Assembly (NCBI GenBank): GCA_964471115.1
Contig: CAYYFE010000016.1
Coordinates: 6,874 to 70,873, forward strand
Length of the DNA stretch: 64,000 nt
Direction: 5' to 3'
Source of the DNA: an uncultured Solibacteraceae bacterium
Lineage (GTDB): Bacteria; Acidobacteriota; Vicinamibacteria; Vicinamibacterales; SCN-69-37
Shown: positions 19,241 to 31,621 of the stretch, piece after piece
How positions within the stretch are numbered: the stretch's first letter is position 1
Layout: each line of letters starts with the position of its first letter
The notes under the pieces: model-generated
The model's input: only the letters and a program-made list of their open reading frames with translations
The model's database searches: none
Told to the model about the DNA's origin: nothing
Program-made: the position numbers and the translations under genes

Positions 19241-20154
19241 ACGAAGGCGCCGTCGTTGCCATTGTCCTGGCCGTCCTGGTCCTCATCATCATCGCCAAGA
19301 CGGCGGTGGTGGTGCCGCAGCAGAGCGCGTATGTCGTCGAACGACTGGGCCGCTACAGCGGCACGCTGTCGGCCGGGTTCCACATCCTGATCCCGTTCCT
19401 GGATGTCATCCGGTACAAACACTCGCTGAAAGAAGCCGCGCTCGACATCCCGGCGCAGGTCTGCATCACCCGCGACAACGTGCAGGTGGGCGTCGACGGC
19501 ATCCTGTACCTGAAGGTGCTGAACCCGGAGCGCGCGTCCTACGGCATCTCGGACTTCGTGTTTGCCATCAGCCAGCTGGCGCAGACCACGCTGCGTTCGG
19601 AAGTCGGCAAGATCGACCTCGACCGCACGTTCGAGGAACGCATGAACATCAACGCCTCGATCGTCTCCGAACTCGACAAGGCGAGTGAGGCGTGGGGCGT
19701 GAAGGTGCTGCGCTACGAGATCAAGAACATCACGCCGCCGCACGACGTGCTGGCCGCGATGGAAAAACAGATGCGCGCCGAGCGCGAAAAGCGCGCGGTG
19801 ATCCTGACGTCGGAAGGCTCGCGCGATGCGGCCATCAACACGGCTGAAGGCGAAAAACAGCAGGTCATCAAGGCGTCGGAAGCCAACAAGCAGCAGCAGA
19901 TCAATGAAGCCGAAGGTCAGGCCGCCGCGATCCTCGCCGTCGCCTCCGCGACGGCCGAAGGCATCCGCAAGGTGGCCGAAGCCATCCGTCAGCCGGGCGG
20001 CATGGAAGCCACCCAGCTGCGCGTGGCCGAGCAGTACGTGGAGCAGTTCGGCCAGCTGGCCAAGGTGGGGAACACGATGATCCTGCCCACCAACGCCGCC
20101 GACGTGGCGTCCATGGTGGCGTTGGCCTCGAAGGTGTTCAAAGACACGAAATAA
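19237..20154 (+). CDS. SPFH/band-7 (stomatin/paraslipin-like) protein
   Basis: VVERLGRY, ITRDNV, AQTTLRSEVGKIDLD, WGVKVLRYEIKNI, AEREKRA. Confidence 0.93.
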   Translation: MNEGAVVAIVLAVLVLIIIAKTAVVVPQQSAYVVERLGRYSGTLSAGFHILIPFLDVIRYKHSLKEAALDIPAQVCITRDNVQVGVDGILYLKVLNPERASYGISDFVFAISQLAQTTLRSEVGKIDLDRTFEERMNINASIVSELDKASEAWGVKVLRYEIKNITPPHDVLAAMEKQMRAEREKRAVILTSEGSRDAAINTAEGEKQQVIKASEANKQQQINEAEGQAAAILAVASATAEGIRKVAEAIRQPGGMEATQLRVAEQYVEQFGQLAKVGNTMILPTNAADVASMVALASKVFKDTK

Positions 20155-20160
20155 AGGTCA

Positions 20161-20216
20161 CAGGGCGCAGGGCGCAGGGCACAGGGCACAGGGATCAGGG
20201 AACAGGGATCAGGGTG
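20161..20216. repeat. 7-bp tandem array CAGGGNN, 8 units
   Basis: Between convergent genes; overlaps the MgtC stop codon. Confidence 0.9.
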
Positions 20217-21445
20217 AACCCGCCCACGCCGAGCACGAGGGCCATGGCCAGCAGGCCGGCGAAGGCCAGGCCGCGATACACGCCCTGACCGAGCACCAGG
20301 GCGAGTCCGGCCTTGAAGATCGTGTTCGAGAGGATGCCCAGCGTCAGCGCGGCGGCGGCCGCGCGCAGATCCGCGCCGTCAGCCGCGCGCTGCGCCATCG
20401 ACACCGTCAACGCGTCCACGTCCGTCAGGCCCAGCACGGCGGCCGAGCCGAACAGGCCGGCCGCCCCGAAGCGGTCCTCGGCCAGCGCCACGATGATCAG
20501 CACGATCTGAAACGCCACGGCCATCTGCAGCGCGGCCGAGACCTGCAGCGGGTTGTCCTGTGCCGGCGCCTTGTGCGCCGTGTCCGACGTCCGGATGCCG
20601 CGCGCCAGCAGCAGCAAACCGATGGCCACCGGTCCAAGGAAGACGGGCCAGATGGCCGCCGCCAGCGACGGCGCCAGCACCGCGGCGGCGACCAGCACCC
20701 GAGGAAACAGCGTGACGTTGGCGCCCATCACTCCGGCGGCCAGCGCCAGTCCCGCTTCGGGATGCGCGCGGCTCAACCGCGAGAACGTCAGCGTCACCGA
20801 GGTGGACGACACCAGGCCGCCCAGCGCGCCCGCCACGGCGTACCCGCGGCGGGCTCCCCAGGCGCGGCGGGCGAGGAACCCGAGAAAACTCAATCCCGAG
20901 AAAAAGAGCACCAGCATCCACAGCTGACGCAGACGGATGCCCTCGAACGATCCGACGGGCCAGATCGGATCGGCGGGCAGCAACGGCAGAATCACGGTGG
21001 CCATCACCGCAAATCGCGCCGCCGAGATGAGTTCGGTTTCGCCCAGCCGGCTGACCAGGCCGTGCAGGCGGGATTTCTCGGCCAGCAGCAGCACCGTGAC
21101 GGCCGTGATGGCCGACGCCACCGTCGGCTGGCCATACCCGGCCAGCACCCCCGCCACGACGACCACCAGCGCGGCGACTTCGGTCGTGGCGTCGACATCG
21201 CCACGGCTGGCCGACACGTACGCGGCGATCACAATGCCGACCAGGCCGGCCAGAAGCACCGTCGCCGGTCCCTCCATGCCGGTGCCCAGCCACCAGCCCG
21301 CGATGCCGGCGACCAGGCCCATCATCGTGAACGTGCGCAGCCCGCCGAACCGGGCGTTCACGCCGGTGGCGTGGCCGCTCCATTGCCGTTCCACGCCGAC
21401 GGCCAGGCCGGTCAGCGTGGCGATGACGAGCGCGTCGAGGGGCAT
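20195..21445 (-). CDS. MgtC/SapB family membrane protein with DUF4010 domain
   Basis: GLAVGVERQW, GGLRTF, DATTEVA, GGLVSSTSVT, GLTDVDA. Confidence 0.88.
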   Translation of the reverse strand: MPLDALVIATLTGLAVGVERQWSGHATGVNARFGGLRTFTMMGLVAGIAGWWLGTGMEGPATVLLAGLVGIVIAAYVSASRGDVDATTEVAALVVVVAGVLAGYGQPTVASAITAVTVLLLAEKSRLHGLVSRLGETELISAARFAVMATVILPLLPADPIWPVGSFEGIRLRQLWMLVLFFSGLSFLGFLARRAWGARRGYAVAGALGGLVSSTSVTLTFSRLSRAHPEAGLALAAGVMGANVTLFPRVLVAAAVLAPSLAAAIWPVFLGPVAIGLLLLARGIRTSDTAHKAPAQDNPLQVSAALQMAVAFQIVLIIVALAEDRFGAAGLFGSAAVLGLTDVDALTVSMAQRAADGADLRAAAAALTLGILSNTIFKAGLALVLGQGVYRGLAFAGLLAMALVLGVGGFTLIPVP

Positions 21446-21446
21446 G

Positions 21447-22376
21447 TCACTTCCCGAACGGCAGACCCTCGTCGAACGTCCGAATCGCCACCGCCATCGT
21501 CTGCACGACCCGGTAGAAGAAGTCGTGGGTCATCGTCTCGTAGTCGTCACTGGCCTTGTGGTGGTTCTCGAAATCCTCGACGCCGAAGTAGAGGCACGGA
21601 ATCTTCGCCTCGCAGAACGGGAAGTGGTCGGAGGCCCGTGTCCAGTCCTCCACACCTTTTTCGTCCGGGTTGTCGTGGCCCATGCGCAGCGTGATGTTGG
21701 CCGCCGCGGCGATGCGTTCGATGTACGGCTTGAGGAACGGCTGCTGGTGTGTGCCGACGACGTACAGCAGGTCCTTGGCGTCACGGCCGATCATGTCCAT
21801 GTTGATGTTCAGCGCCAGCTGGGCGAGCGGCACCGGCGGCTCGGCGACGAACCGGCGCGCGCCCTGCAGGCCCGACTCTTCCGCATCGAGCGCCGCAAAG
21901 ATGATCGTGTTGGCCGGGCGATTCGCCGAGAAGTACTTGGCCAGCGCGAAGAGCGCCGCGGTGCCCGAGGCGTTGTCGTCGGCGCCATTGAACACCACGC
22001 CGTTGCGCACGCCGAGATGGTCGTAGTGGGCGGTCACGACAATGGCGCGATCCGGCGTGCGTGTGCCGGTGATACGGCCCAGCACATTGACGCCGGTGCG
22101 CGTCGCGCCGCCGGCGCCGCGGCCCGACGTGAACTCGAAGGGATGTTCAAACGACGCGCCCAAGGGCTCGAGGCCCGACGCCTTGAACCGTTCGATCACG
22201 TACGCCCGCGCCTTGGCGCCGCCCGGGGTGCCGACCAGCCGGCCTTCCATGTCGTCGGCCGAGAGAATCTGCAGATCCTTGAGCAACTGCGCGCGGTCGA
22301 TGGGGATGGCGCCGGCCGGCGATTGCGCCGTGACGGCTGTGAGGGCGAAGAGCAGAATCGGGAGAAGTCGCAACAT
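21447..22376 (-). CDS. Secreted M28 family aminopeptidase
   Basis: LSADDMEGR, TAHYDHLG, NGADDNASG, AEESGL, NMDMIGR, SDHFPF, HHKASD; start MLRLLP at 22376. Confidence 0.92.
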   Translation of the reverse strand: MLRLLPILLFALTAVTAQSPAGAIPIDRAQLLKDLQILSADDMEGRLVGTPGGAKARAYVIERFKASGLEPLGASFEHPFEFTSGRGAGGATRTGVNVLGRITGTRTPDRAIVVTAHYDHLGVRNGVVFNGADDNASGTAALFALAKYFSANRPANTIIFAALDAEESGLQGARRFVAEPPVPLAQLALNINMDMIGRDAKDLLYVVGTHQQPFLKPYIERIAAAANITLRMGHDNPDEKGVEDWTRASDHFPFCEAKIPCLYFGVEDFENHHKASDDYETMTHDFFYRVVQTMAVAIRTFDEGLPFGK

Positions 22377-22383
22377 GGGTTGA

Positions 22384-24932
<2,549 letters not shown>

Positions 24933-24936
<4 letters not shown>

Positions 24937-26030
24937 GGCAGGTCGCGCAGGGCGATCGACAGGCGGCGCAGGCCTTCCGCCAGCGGCGCGGTGGCGCCGG
25001 CCAGGCTGATGCGGATGTGCGACGGCGCGTCGAAGAACCGGCCGGGCACCACGGCCACGCCGTGCCGTGCCGCCAGGTCGTCCACAAACGCGTCGGCTGA
25101 CGTGAGCCCGCGCACCTGGGGAAACATCACCGTGGCGCCGACCGGGCCGCCCAACGCCAGCCGTGTCTCGGCGAGCGCGAACCCGCGCGCCAGCTCGAGA
25201 TTGGCCGACACGATCACGCGGGTCCGTTCCTGCAGGCGCGGCATCCTCGAGAACGCGAATGCGCCAAGGCGGTCCGACACCGCGCTGCCGACCGCTTCCA
25301 CCAGGTCGCGCACGCGCCACAGGCGCGTCACCAGCGCCGGCGGCGCAATCGCCCACCCGCACCGCAGACCGTTGAGGCCGTACGCCTTGGTGAGGCTGCT
25401 GGTCACCACCACCGGACCATCGAGCCGCGTGGCCGAGACGACCGGCGCCGCGTGGCCCGCGGCCAGGTTCACCGCATCCAGATACACCTCGTCCACCAGC
25501 AGATACGCGCCCGCGGCATCGGCCAGCGCCACCAGGCCCTTCAGCGTGTCCTGATCGAGGCACGTGCCCGACGGATTGTGGGGCGTGGTGACGATGATCA
25601 GGCGCGTGCGGATCGTGAGTTTGGCGCGCACCTCGTCGAGGTCGATGCCGAACCGCCGGCTGAGCGGCCGGCCGAAGCGCTGGACGCGCGCGCCCAGCAG
25701 GGTGCAGGCGCCGACCAGCGGGTCGTATCCCGGTTGCTCAATCAGCACCTCGTCACCCGGCCCGACCAGCGCCGCGATGGTGAGGAAGTTCGCGCCTGAA
25801 CAGCCCGTGGCCGTGACGACGCGCGAGGCGGGCACGCCGGCGTGGGCCGCGATGGCCTCGCGCAGCGGCGCATAGCCGTTGTCGTTGGGCGCCGTCAGCT
25901 CGAGGGCGTCGGCCGCGCCGGGCAGGTCGTCGAGCCGGCAGGGCAGCAGGTTGCTGCCGGCCAGATCGATCTCGGCCGGCGTCCGCGTTTTCGCCCAGAG
26001 CATGTATGGCGCAAGGGATTCGGTGAGCAT
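24933..26030 (-). CDS. PLP-dependent aminotransferase class I/II
   Basis: PHNPSG, DEVY, SSLTKAYGLNGLRCGW (PLP lysine). Confidence 0.9.
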
Positions 26031-26040
26031 GGGGAGGCGC

Positions 26041-26277
26041 TCAGTCCTGAGTCAGGGTGCGTCGCAGGTCCGTGATGGCCGCTTCCAGGGCGCGCCGACG
26101 GGCGGGGTGGGTGGTGGCGGCCAGCGCCTGTTCGGCCTGCGCCAGCGCCATCACCACGCGCTGCCGCGCCTGGGTGCGCTGCGCGTCCTCCGGCGTGATC
26201 GGACGCACCCGCGTCCGCGCCGCCGCGCGCTCCTCCTGCTGGGCTTCGACCGACTTGCTCTCCCACCCTCTGGCCAT
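26041..26277 (-). CDS. Small helical hypothetical protein
   Basis: MARGWESKSVEAQQEE..., 78 aa, translationally close to the aminotransferase. Confidence 0.7.
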   Translation of the reverse strand: MARGWESKSVEAQQEERAAARTRVRPITPEDAQRTQARQRVVMALAQAEQALAATTHPARRRALEAAITDLRRTLTQD

Positions 26278-26298
26278 CGTGTGACCTCGACGAATCCT

Positions 26299-26334
26299 GG
26301 ACCCCGCCGGACCTCGGACCCTGGACCATACAAT
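26299..26334 (+). promoter_or_regulatory. Degenerate GGACCNN repeats ending in a -10 box (TACAAT 26329-26334) for the tesA operon
   Basis: Read directly. Confidence 0.45.
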
Positions 26335-26350
26335 ATCCGTAAGGCTGTCT

Positions 26351-27076
26351 GTGATGTTGCTCCTGAATCGTCGTCGATCGTGGTGGTCCCCGCTGTTGTT
26401 GCTGCTCGCGGCCGGCTGTTCGGTGCGTGACGCCGCCTGCGGCCGGCAACCTGAAGCGCCCGTGGTCATCTCCGAGCAGCAGGCCGCGGCGATCAAGGGT
26501 GAGGCGCCGCCGACCGTCCAGATCGCGGTGCTGGGTGACAGCCTCACGGCTGGCTTCGGCCTGCTGCAGTCCGAGGCGTTTCCCGCGTTGCTCGGCGAGG
26601 AGTTCGCCACCGACGGCTACGCGCAGGTCGAGATGGTGAACGCCGGCGTGAGCGGCGACACGACGGCCGGCGGGTTGTCGCGGCTCGAGTGGGTGCTGGA
26701 GCCGAACGTCCGTGTGCTGGTCGTGGCGCTGGGCGGCAACGACGCGCTGCGCGGGGTGCCCGCCAGCGCGACCCGCGACAATCTGTCGAAGATCGTCGGC
26801 ACGGCCAAGAGCCGCGGCGTCATGGTCCTGCTGGCCGGCATGGAGGCCCCGCCCAACCTGGGCGAGGACTATCGCGCGGCGTTCCGCGCGGTCTTCCCGC
26901 AGGTGGCGGCGGAACACGACGTCCCGCTGGTGCCGTTCCTGCTCGAAGGCGTGGCGGGGCAGCCGCACCTCAATCAAGCCGATGGCATCCATCCCACCGC
27001 CGAGGGCCAGCGCATCATCGCATCGCTGATCTACCCGCGCCTGCAGCCCATCGTCGACGACCTGCTGAGCCGCTGA
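26351..27076 (+). CDS. tesA: Arylesterase / acyl-CoA thioesterase I (SGNH hydrolase), probable lipoprotein
   Basis: LGDSL, NAGVSGDTTAGG, LGGND, DGIHP; LAAGC lipobox-like. Confidence 0.9.
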   Translation: MMLLLNRRRSWWSPLLLLLAAGCSVRDAACGRQPEAPVVISEQQAAAIKGEAPPTVQIAVLGDSLTAGFGLLQSEAFPALLGEEFATDGYAQVEMVNAGVSGDTTAGGLSRLEWVLEPNVRVLVVALGGNDALRGVPASATRDNLSKIVGTAKSRGVMVLLAGMEAPPNLGEDYRAAFRAVFPQVAAEHDVPLVPFLLEGVAGQPHLNQADGIHPTAEGQRIIASLIYPRLQPIVDDLLSR

Positions 27077-27753
27077 TGATTGAACTTGTCGAGGTGTCCC
27101 GCACCGTCACCGGCGGTGCCGGGCCGCTCACCATCCTGCATCCCACGTCGCTGACGATCGCCGCGGGCCGCATTGTCGCGATCACCGGGCCGTCGGGCAG
27201 CGGCAAGTCGACGCTGCTCGGGCTGCTGGCCGGCCTCGACACCCCGACCACCGGCCGCGTGGTCATCGACGGCGTCAACATCACCGCGCTGGGCGAAGAG
27301 GCGCTGGCCGCGTTGCGCGGCGAGAAGATCGGCATCGTCTTTCAGTTCTTCCACCTGATTCCCTCGCTGACTGCGCGCGAGAACGTGATGGTGCCGATGG
27401 AACTGGCCGGCGTGGCGGATGCGCGCGCGCGCGCCGAGGCGCTGCTCGCGGAAGTCGGGCTCTCCGAACGCGGCCACCACTATCCGTCGCAACTGTCGGG
27501 CGGCGAACAGCAACGCGTGGCCATCGCCCGCGCGCTGGCCAACGATCCGCCGATCCTGCTGGCCGACGAACCCACCGGCAATCTGGACTCCGCCACCGGC
27601 CACCATGTCATCGACCTGCTGCTCTCGGTGAACCGCCGGCAGGGCCGCACGCTGGTGCTCGTGACACACGATCCCGAACTGGCCGCGCGCGCCGATGAGG
27701 TCATCGCCCTGCGCGATGGGAGGGTGCAAGTGGCGGCAAGTGGCGGCGAGTAG
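27076..27753 (+). CDS. ybbA: ABC transporter ATP-binding protein (YbbA-like)
   Basis: GPSGSGKS, LSGGEQQRV, LADEPTGNLD. Confidence 0.9.
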   Translation: MIELVEVSRTVTGGAGPLTILHPTSLTIAAGRIVAITGPSGSGKSTLLGLLAGLDTPTTGRVVIDGVNITALGEEALAALRGEKIGIVFQFFHLIPSLTARENVMVPMELAGVADARARAEALLAEVGLSERGHHYPSQLSGGEQQRVAIARALANDPPILLADEPTGNLDSATGHHVIDLLLSVNRRQGRTLVLVTHDPELAARADEVIALRDGRVQVAASGGE

Positions 27754-27780
27754 CGGCGAGTGGCGGCGAGTAGCGGCATG
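27731..27780 (+). repeat. 10-bp array TRGCGGCRAG, 5 units
   Basis: Contains the ybbA TAG (27751) and the ybbP ATG (27778). Confidence 0.9.
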
Positions 27781-30309
27781 AGTTTTGTCCTCAAAATGGC
27801 GTGGCGCGAGGTGCGGTCGTCGTGGACGCGCCTGGTGTTCTTCTTCCTGTGCGTCGCCATCGGCGTGGCGGCCATCGTGGCCGTGCGCAGCGTGATTCAG
27901 CAGGTGCGTGACGCGCTCACCAGTGAAGCGCGCGCGCTGGTGGGGGCCGATCTCGTCGTACAGACCGGGCGGCCGTGGACCGACGATGTGGCGGCGCGGC
28001 TGGCCGATGTCTTCAGGTCCGGCGCCGTGCAGGAGGCCATCGAGGTCATCGAGACGGCGACGATGGCCGCGTCCGGCGAGGGGCAGGCCCGGCTCGTGGA
28101 GTTGCGCGCCGTGCCGGATCGTTTCCCGTTTTACGGCACCCTCACCCTCGGGTCCGGGCAGCCGTACACCCATGGCCTGCTGCGCGGCGGCGGCATCGTC
28201 GTGCAGCCGGAACTGCTGCTGCAGCTGGGCGTCGCCGTGGGCGACACGATTACCCTGGCCGGCCGTCCGTTCGTGATTCGCGACACCGTGGCGCGCGATC
28301 GCGTGCAGGGCCGCGGCGGCTTCGCGTTCGGCCCGCGCGTGTACCTCGACCTGGCGGATCTGCGACAGACGACGGTGCTGCAGTTCGGCAGCCGGGTGAC
28401 CTATCAGTGGTATCTGCGGGTGAATGACAACGACCTCGCGCCGCTGACCCGCGCGCTGCGGCAGCAGTTCCGGCGCGACTCGGTCGGCATCCGCAGCTGG
28501 CGCGCGCTCGAGGATCGACTGGGGCGGAACCTGACGCTGGCGGAGAACTACCTCAGCCTGGTCGGGTTTGCGATGGTCGTGCTGGGCGGCATCGGCGTGT
28601 GGAGCGTGACGCGGGTGTTCATCCAGCAGAAGATTCGCAGCGTCGCCGTCCTCAAGTGTGTCGGCGCTTCGTCGCGCACGATTCTGGCGACGTACGTGCT
28701 GCAGACCACGGCGCTCGCGCTGGCGGGCGGAGTGGCCGGGGTCGCCATGGCCGCGTCGGTGGTGGCGGCCATTCCGGCCGATGTCGTCGCGCTGGCCGGC
28801 CTGGAATCGGTGGGCGTGACGTGGTCGGCCGCGTTGCAGGGATTGGCCGTCGGCGCGCTGGTGTCGATGTTGTTCGCGCTGGTGCCGCTGCTCGAACTGC
28901 GCGAGGTGAAGCCGCTGTTGCTGCTGCGCGCCGACACCGCCACCTCGGCGCGCCGGCGCGGCTGGCAGAGCGTGGCGATGGGCGCGGGCATCGGCCTGGC
29001 GCTCACGGCGGTGGCGGTGTGGCAGGCCGACGCGGTGGAGGCCGGCGTGTATGTGTCGTTGGGGCTGGGCGCGGTGGCGGCGGCGCTGGCCGGTGCGTCG
29101 GCGGCCCTGCTGCGGCTGGTCCGGCCCCTGGCGGCATCGCGGGTGTTCGCGCTGCGGCACGCCATCGTCAGCCTCGGCCGGCCGGGCAACCAGACGCGCG
29201 TGATTCTCACGGCCGTCGGGCTCGGGTGTTTTTTCATCCTCGGTGTGCGCGCGCTGCAGACGAACCTACTGGCGGAGTTCTCGCTCGATCTGGGGGAGTC
29301 GACGCCGGACCTGGTGCTGATTGACATCCAGCGCGACCAGGTCGACGGCGTGCGCGCGGTTCTGGCGCCGTATCAGCAGACCGAGCCGCCCATGTTGCCA
29401 CTGATGCGCGGACGGGTGGCGGGCGTGGATGGCGCGCGTGTCCAGCTGGCCACGCCGGAGGACGTGCGGCGCGAGGGGGAACTGGCGCGCGAGTACGGCC
29501 TGACGTTCCGCAACGGCCTGGCCGACAACGAGCGGCTGGTGGAAGGGGAGTTCTGGTCCGGCCCCGCCACCGACCCCGACGCGCCGCTCGAGGTGTCGAT
29601 CGAGCAGGAGATCCGCGACGAACACGGCATCGGGCTGGGCGACCTCATGCGCTTCGACATCGCGGGCCGCGTCATCGAGGCGCGCGTGACCAGCGTCCGC
29701 GAGGTCGAGTGGGACCAGACGGTGAACGGCGGGTTCATCTTCGTCTTCCGGCCCGGTCCCGTGATTGAACGCGCGCCGTACAGCGTGGTGGGGTTCGTCC
29801 AGGTGCGCGATGACCCGGACGCCCGCGGCGCGGCGCAGCGCGACCTCGTGCGCGCCTTTCCGAACGTGTCGGTGATCGACGTCAGCGCCGTCCTGGATTC
29901 GGTGCGCGGCGTGGTCGAGGACGTCACGTCCGCCATCACCATCGTCGGGGCGGTGACCGTGGCGGCCGGCCTGCTGATTCTGGTGGGGGCCGTGGCGATG
30001 ACCAAGTTCCAGCGCCTGTATGACGCGGCGATCTACCGGACCCTGGGCGCCAGCACCCGGCGCCTGCTGGCCATGGCGGCCATCGAATACAGCCTGTTGG
30101 GCGCGCTGGCGGGCCTGCTGGGGGCGGCCGGCGCCCTGGGCCTGTCGTGGGCGGTCGCCACACGCCTGTTCGAGATCGACTGGCGGCCGGACTGGGCCGG
30201 TCTGCTGGTCGGGATGGCCGTGTCCACGGTCGTCGTGGCGGCGGTGGGCCTGCTGTCGGGTGTCGACGTGCTGGTCAGAAAGCCCCTCGGCACGCTGCGC
30301 GGCGCCTGA
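27778..30309 (+). CDS. ybbP: ABC transporter permease (YbbP-like, FtsX-type duplicated)
   Basis: MAWREVR, LVGADL, PDLVLIDIQRDQ, YRTLGAS. Confidence 0.88.
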   Translation: MSFVLKMAWREVRSSWTRLVFFFLCVAIGVAAIVAVRSVIQQVRDALTSEARALVGADLVVQTGRPWTDDVAARLADVFRSGAVQEAIEVIETATMAASGEGQARLVELRAVPDRFPFYGTLTLGSGQPYTHGLLRGGGIVVQPELLLQLGVAVGDTITLAGRPFVIRDTVARDRVQGRGGFAFGPRVYLDLADLRQTTVLQFGSRVTYQWYLRVNDNDLAPLTRALRQQFRRDSVGIRSWRALEDRLGRNLTLAENYLSLVGFAMVVLGGIGVWSVTRVFIQQKIRSVAVLKCVGASSRTILATYVLQTTALALAGGVAGVAMAASVVAAIPADVVALAGLESVGVTWSAALQGLAVGALVSMLFALVPLLELREVKPLLLLRADTATSARRRGWQSVAMGAGIGLALTAVAVWQADAVEAGVYVSLGLGAVAAALAGASAALLRLVRPLAASRVFALRHAIVSLGRPGNQTRVILTAVGLGCFFILGVRALQTNLLAEFSLDLGESTPDLVLIDIQRDQVDGVRAVLAPYQQTEPPMLPLMRGRVAGVDGARVQLATPEDVRREGELAREYGLTFRNGLADNERLVEGEFWSGPATDPDAPLEVSIEQEIRDEHGIGLGDLMRFDIAGRVIEARVTSVREVEWDQTVNGGFIFVFRPGPVIERAPYSVVGFVQVRDDPDARGAAQRDLVRAFPNVSVIDVSAVLDSVRGVVEDVTSAITIVGAVTVAAGLLILVGAVAMTKFQRLYDAAIYRTLGASTRRLLAMAAIEYSLLGALAGLLGAAGALGLSWAVATRLFEIDWRPDWAGLLVGMAVSTVVVAAVGLLSGVDVLVRKPLGTLRGA

Positions 30310-30357
30310 GTACAATAGGGAATTGCCGAATCGGCCTGTGGGCCGGACGAGGGAGCA

Positions 30358-30720
30358 ATGACCCAGACCATCCTCGACGAGACGCGCCTGACGGCGCTCA
30401 AAGACACCTTGATGAAGCGGCGGGCCGACATTCTGGCCGCCTCCACCGGGACGCGGCCGTTGCCCGAGTCGGCCGACGTCAATTCGCGCCAGGGCGACCT
30501 GGCCGACCAGGCCGCCGGCAACAACGAGGTGCACATCGCCCTCAAGCTCAAGCAGACCGACGCGAAGATCCTGCAGGCCACCGAAGAAGCGCTGCACCGG
30601 ATTGAGAAGGGCACCTACGGCATCTGCCGCGACTGCGGCGAACCCATCGCGCCGGCCCGGCTGGAAGCGATTCCCTGGACCCGCGTGTGCATCGAGTGCA
30701 AGCAGAAGCAGAGTGCGTGA
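30358..30720 (+). CDS. TraR/DksA C4-type zinc finger protein
   Basis: DLADQA, YGICRDCGEPI...RLEAIPWTRVCIECK; upstream TACAAT at 30311 and GGAG RBS. Confidence 0.9.
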   Translation: MTQTILDETRLTALKDTLMKRRADILAASTGTRPLPESADVNSRQGDLADQAAGNNEVHIALKLKQTDAKILQATEEALHRIEKGTYGICRDCGEPIAPARLEAIPWTRVCIECKQKQSA

Positions 30721-31211
30721 TGGCTCAATCCCAGGCTGACCAGTTGTCCACCCTCACGGCGCTGCACCGCGACAAGCTCACGCTGCGCGAGCGCCACGTC
30801 GCCGTGGCCCGCCACGTCGATCACTACGAGTTCAACAACACGTACCAGTACGTGATCAACCGCGAAGACGCCCACCTGGCGTGGCTCGAGTCGGCGATTC
30901 GCGAACTCGGCGGCACGCCCCACGAGGTGCCCCCGATGACCGTGCCGGCGCCGGGCCGCAAGGCCACGTTCACGCCGCTGGTGGCGCAGGACGCGGCGGA
31001 GGCCGCCGCGCTGGTCGCCACCTGGCGCGGCCGCGCCGAGGCCATCACCAACGTGCGGCACCGCAAGCTGGTGGACGTGATTCTGGGTGAGACGATTGAA
31101 CACGAGCGGTTCTTCGCCCAGATCGCCGACGGCAACGAACTGGTGCTGGGCCGGCGGTTGCCCGGGGCCAGCACCGGACACGGTGTGTTGCCCGAACGCT
31201 GGATGGAGTAG
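30720..31211 (+). CDS. Hypothetical protein, possibly ferritin-like fold
   Basis: Helical pattern with REDAH (ExxH) and ETIEHE; TGATG overlap with the DksA-family gene. Confidence 0.6.
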   Translation: MAQSQADQLSTLTALHRDKLTLRERHVAVARHVDHYEFNNTYQYVINREDAHLAWLESAIRELGGTPHEVPPMTVPAPGRKATFTPLVAQDAAEAAALVATWRGRAEAITNVRHRKLVDVILGETIEHERFFAQIADGNELVLGRRLPGASTGHGVLPERWME

Positions 31212-31216
31212 CCGAC

Positions 31217-31621
31217 GTGGCGCCCGTCAGGGTGGCCATTGCCCTCGGCAGCAACCTGGGCGACCGCGACGCGCACCTGCGGTTCGCCATCACCCGCCTG
31301 CGCAGCGTCCTGTCCGACATGCGCGTCTCGTCGTTCCACAACACCCCGGCCGAAGGCGTCGACGAGCCGCAGCCGGACTACCTCAACGCCGCCGTGTCCG
31401 GCACCACGACGCTGTCGCCGCGCGAGCTGCTCACGTTCATGCTCGACGTGGAACGGCAGCGCGGCCGCACCCGCCTCTCCCCGCGGGCCTCACGCACGCT
31501 CGATCTCGACCTGATTTTTTACGGGGACCAGACGATCGACGAACCCGACCTGACCGTGCCGCACCCGCGCTGGCACACACGCGACTTCGTCACGCGGCCG
31601 TTGGGGGAAGTGTGGGATTGA
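31217..31621 (+). CDS. folK: 2-amino-4-hydroxy-6-hydroxymethyldihydropteridine diphosphokinase
   Basis: IALGSNLGDR, QPDYLNA, RTLDLDL, VPHPR..TRDFV. Confidence 0.93.
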   Translation: MAPVRVAIALGSNLGDRDAHLRFAITRLRSVLSDMRVSSFHNTPAEGVDEPQPDYLNAAVSGTTTLSPRELLTFMLDVERQRGRTRLSPRASRTLDLDLIFYGDQTIDEPDLTVPHPRWHTRDFVTRPLGEVWD

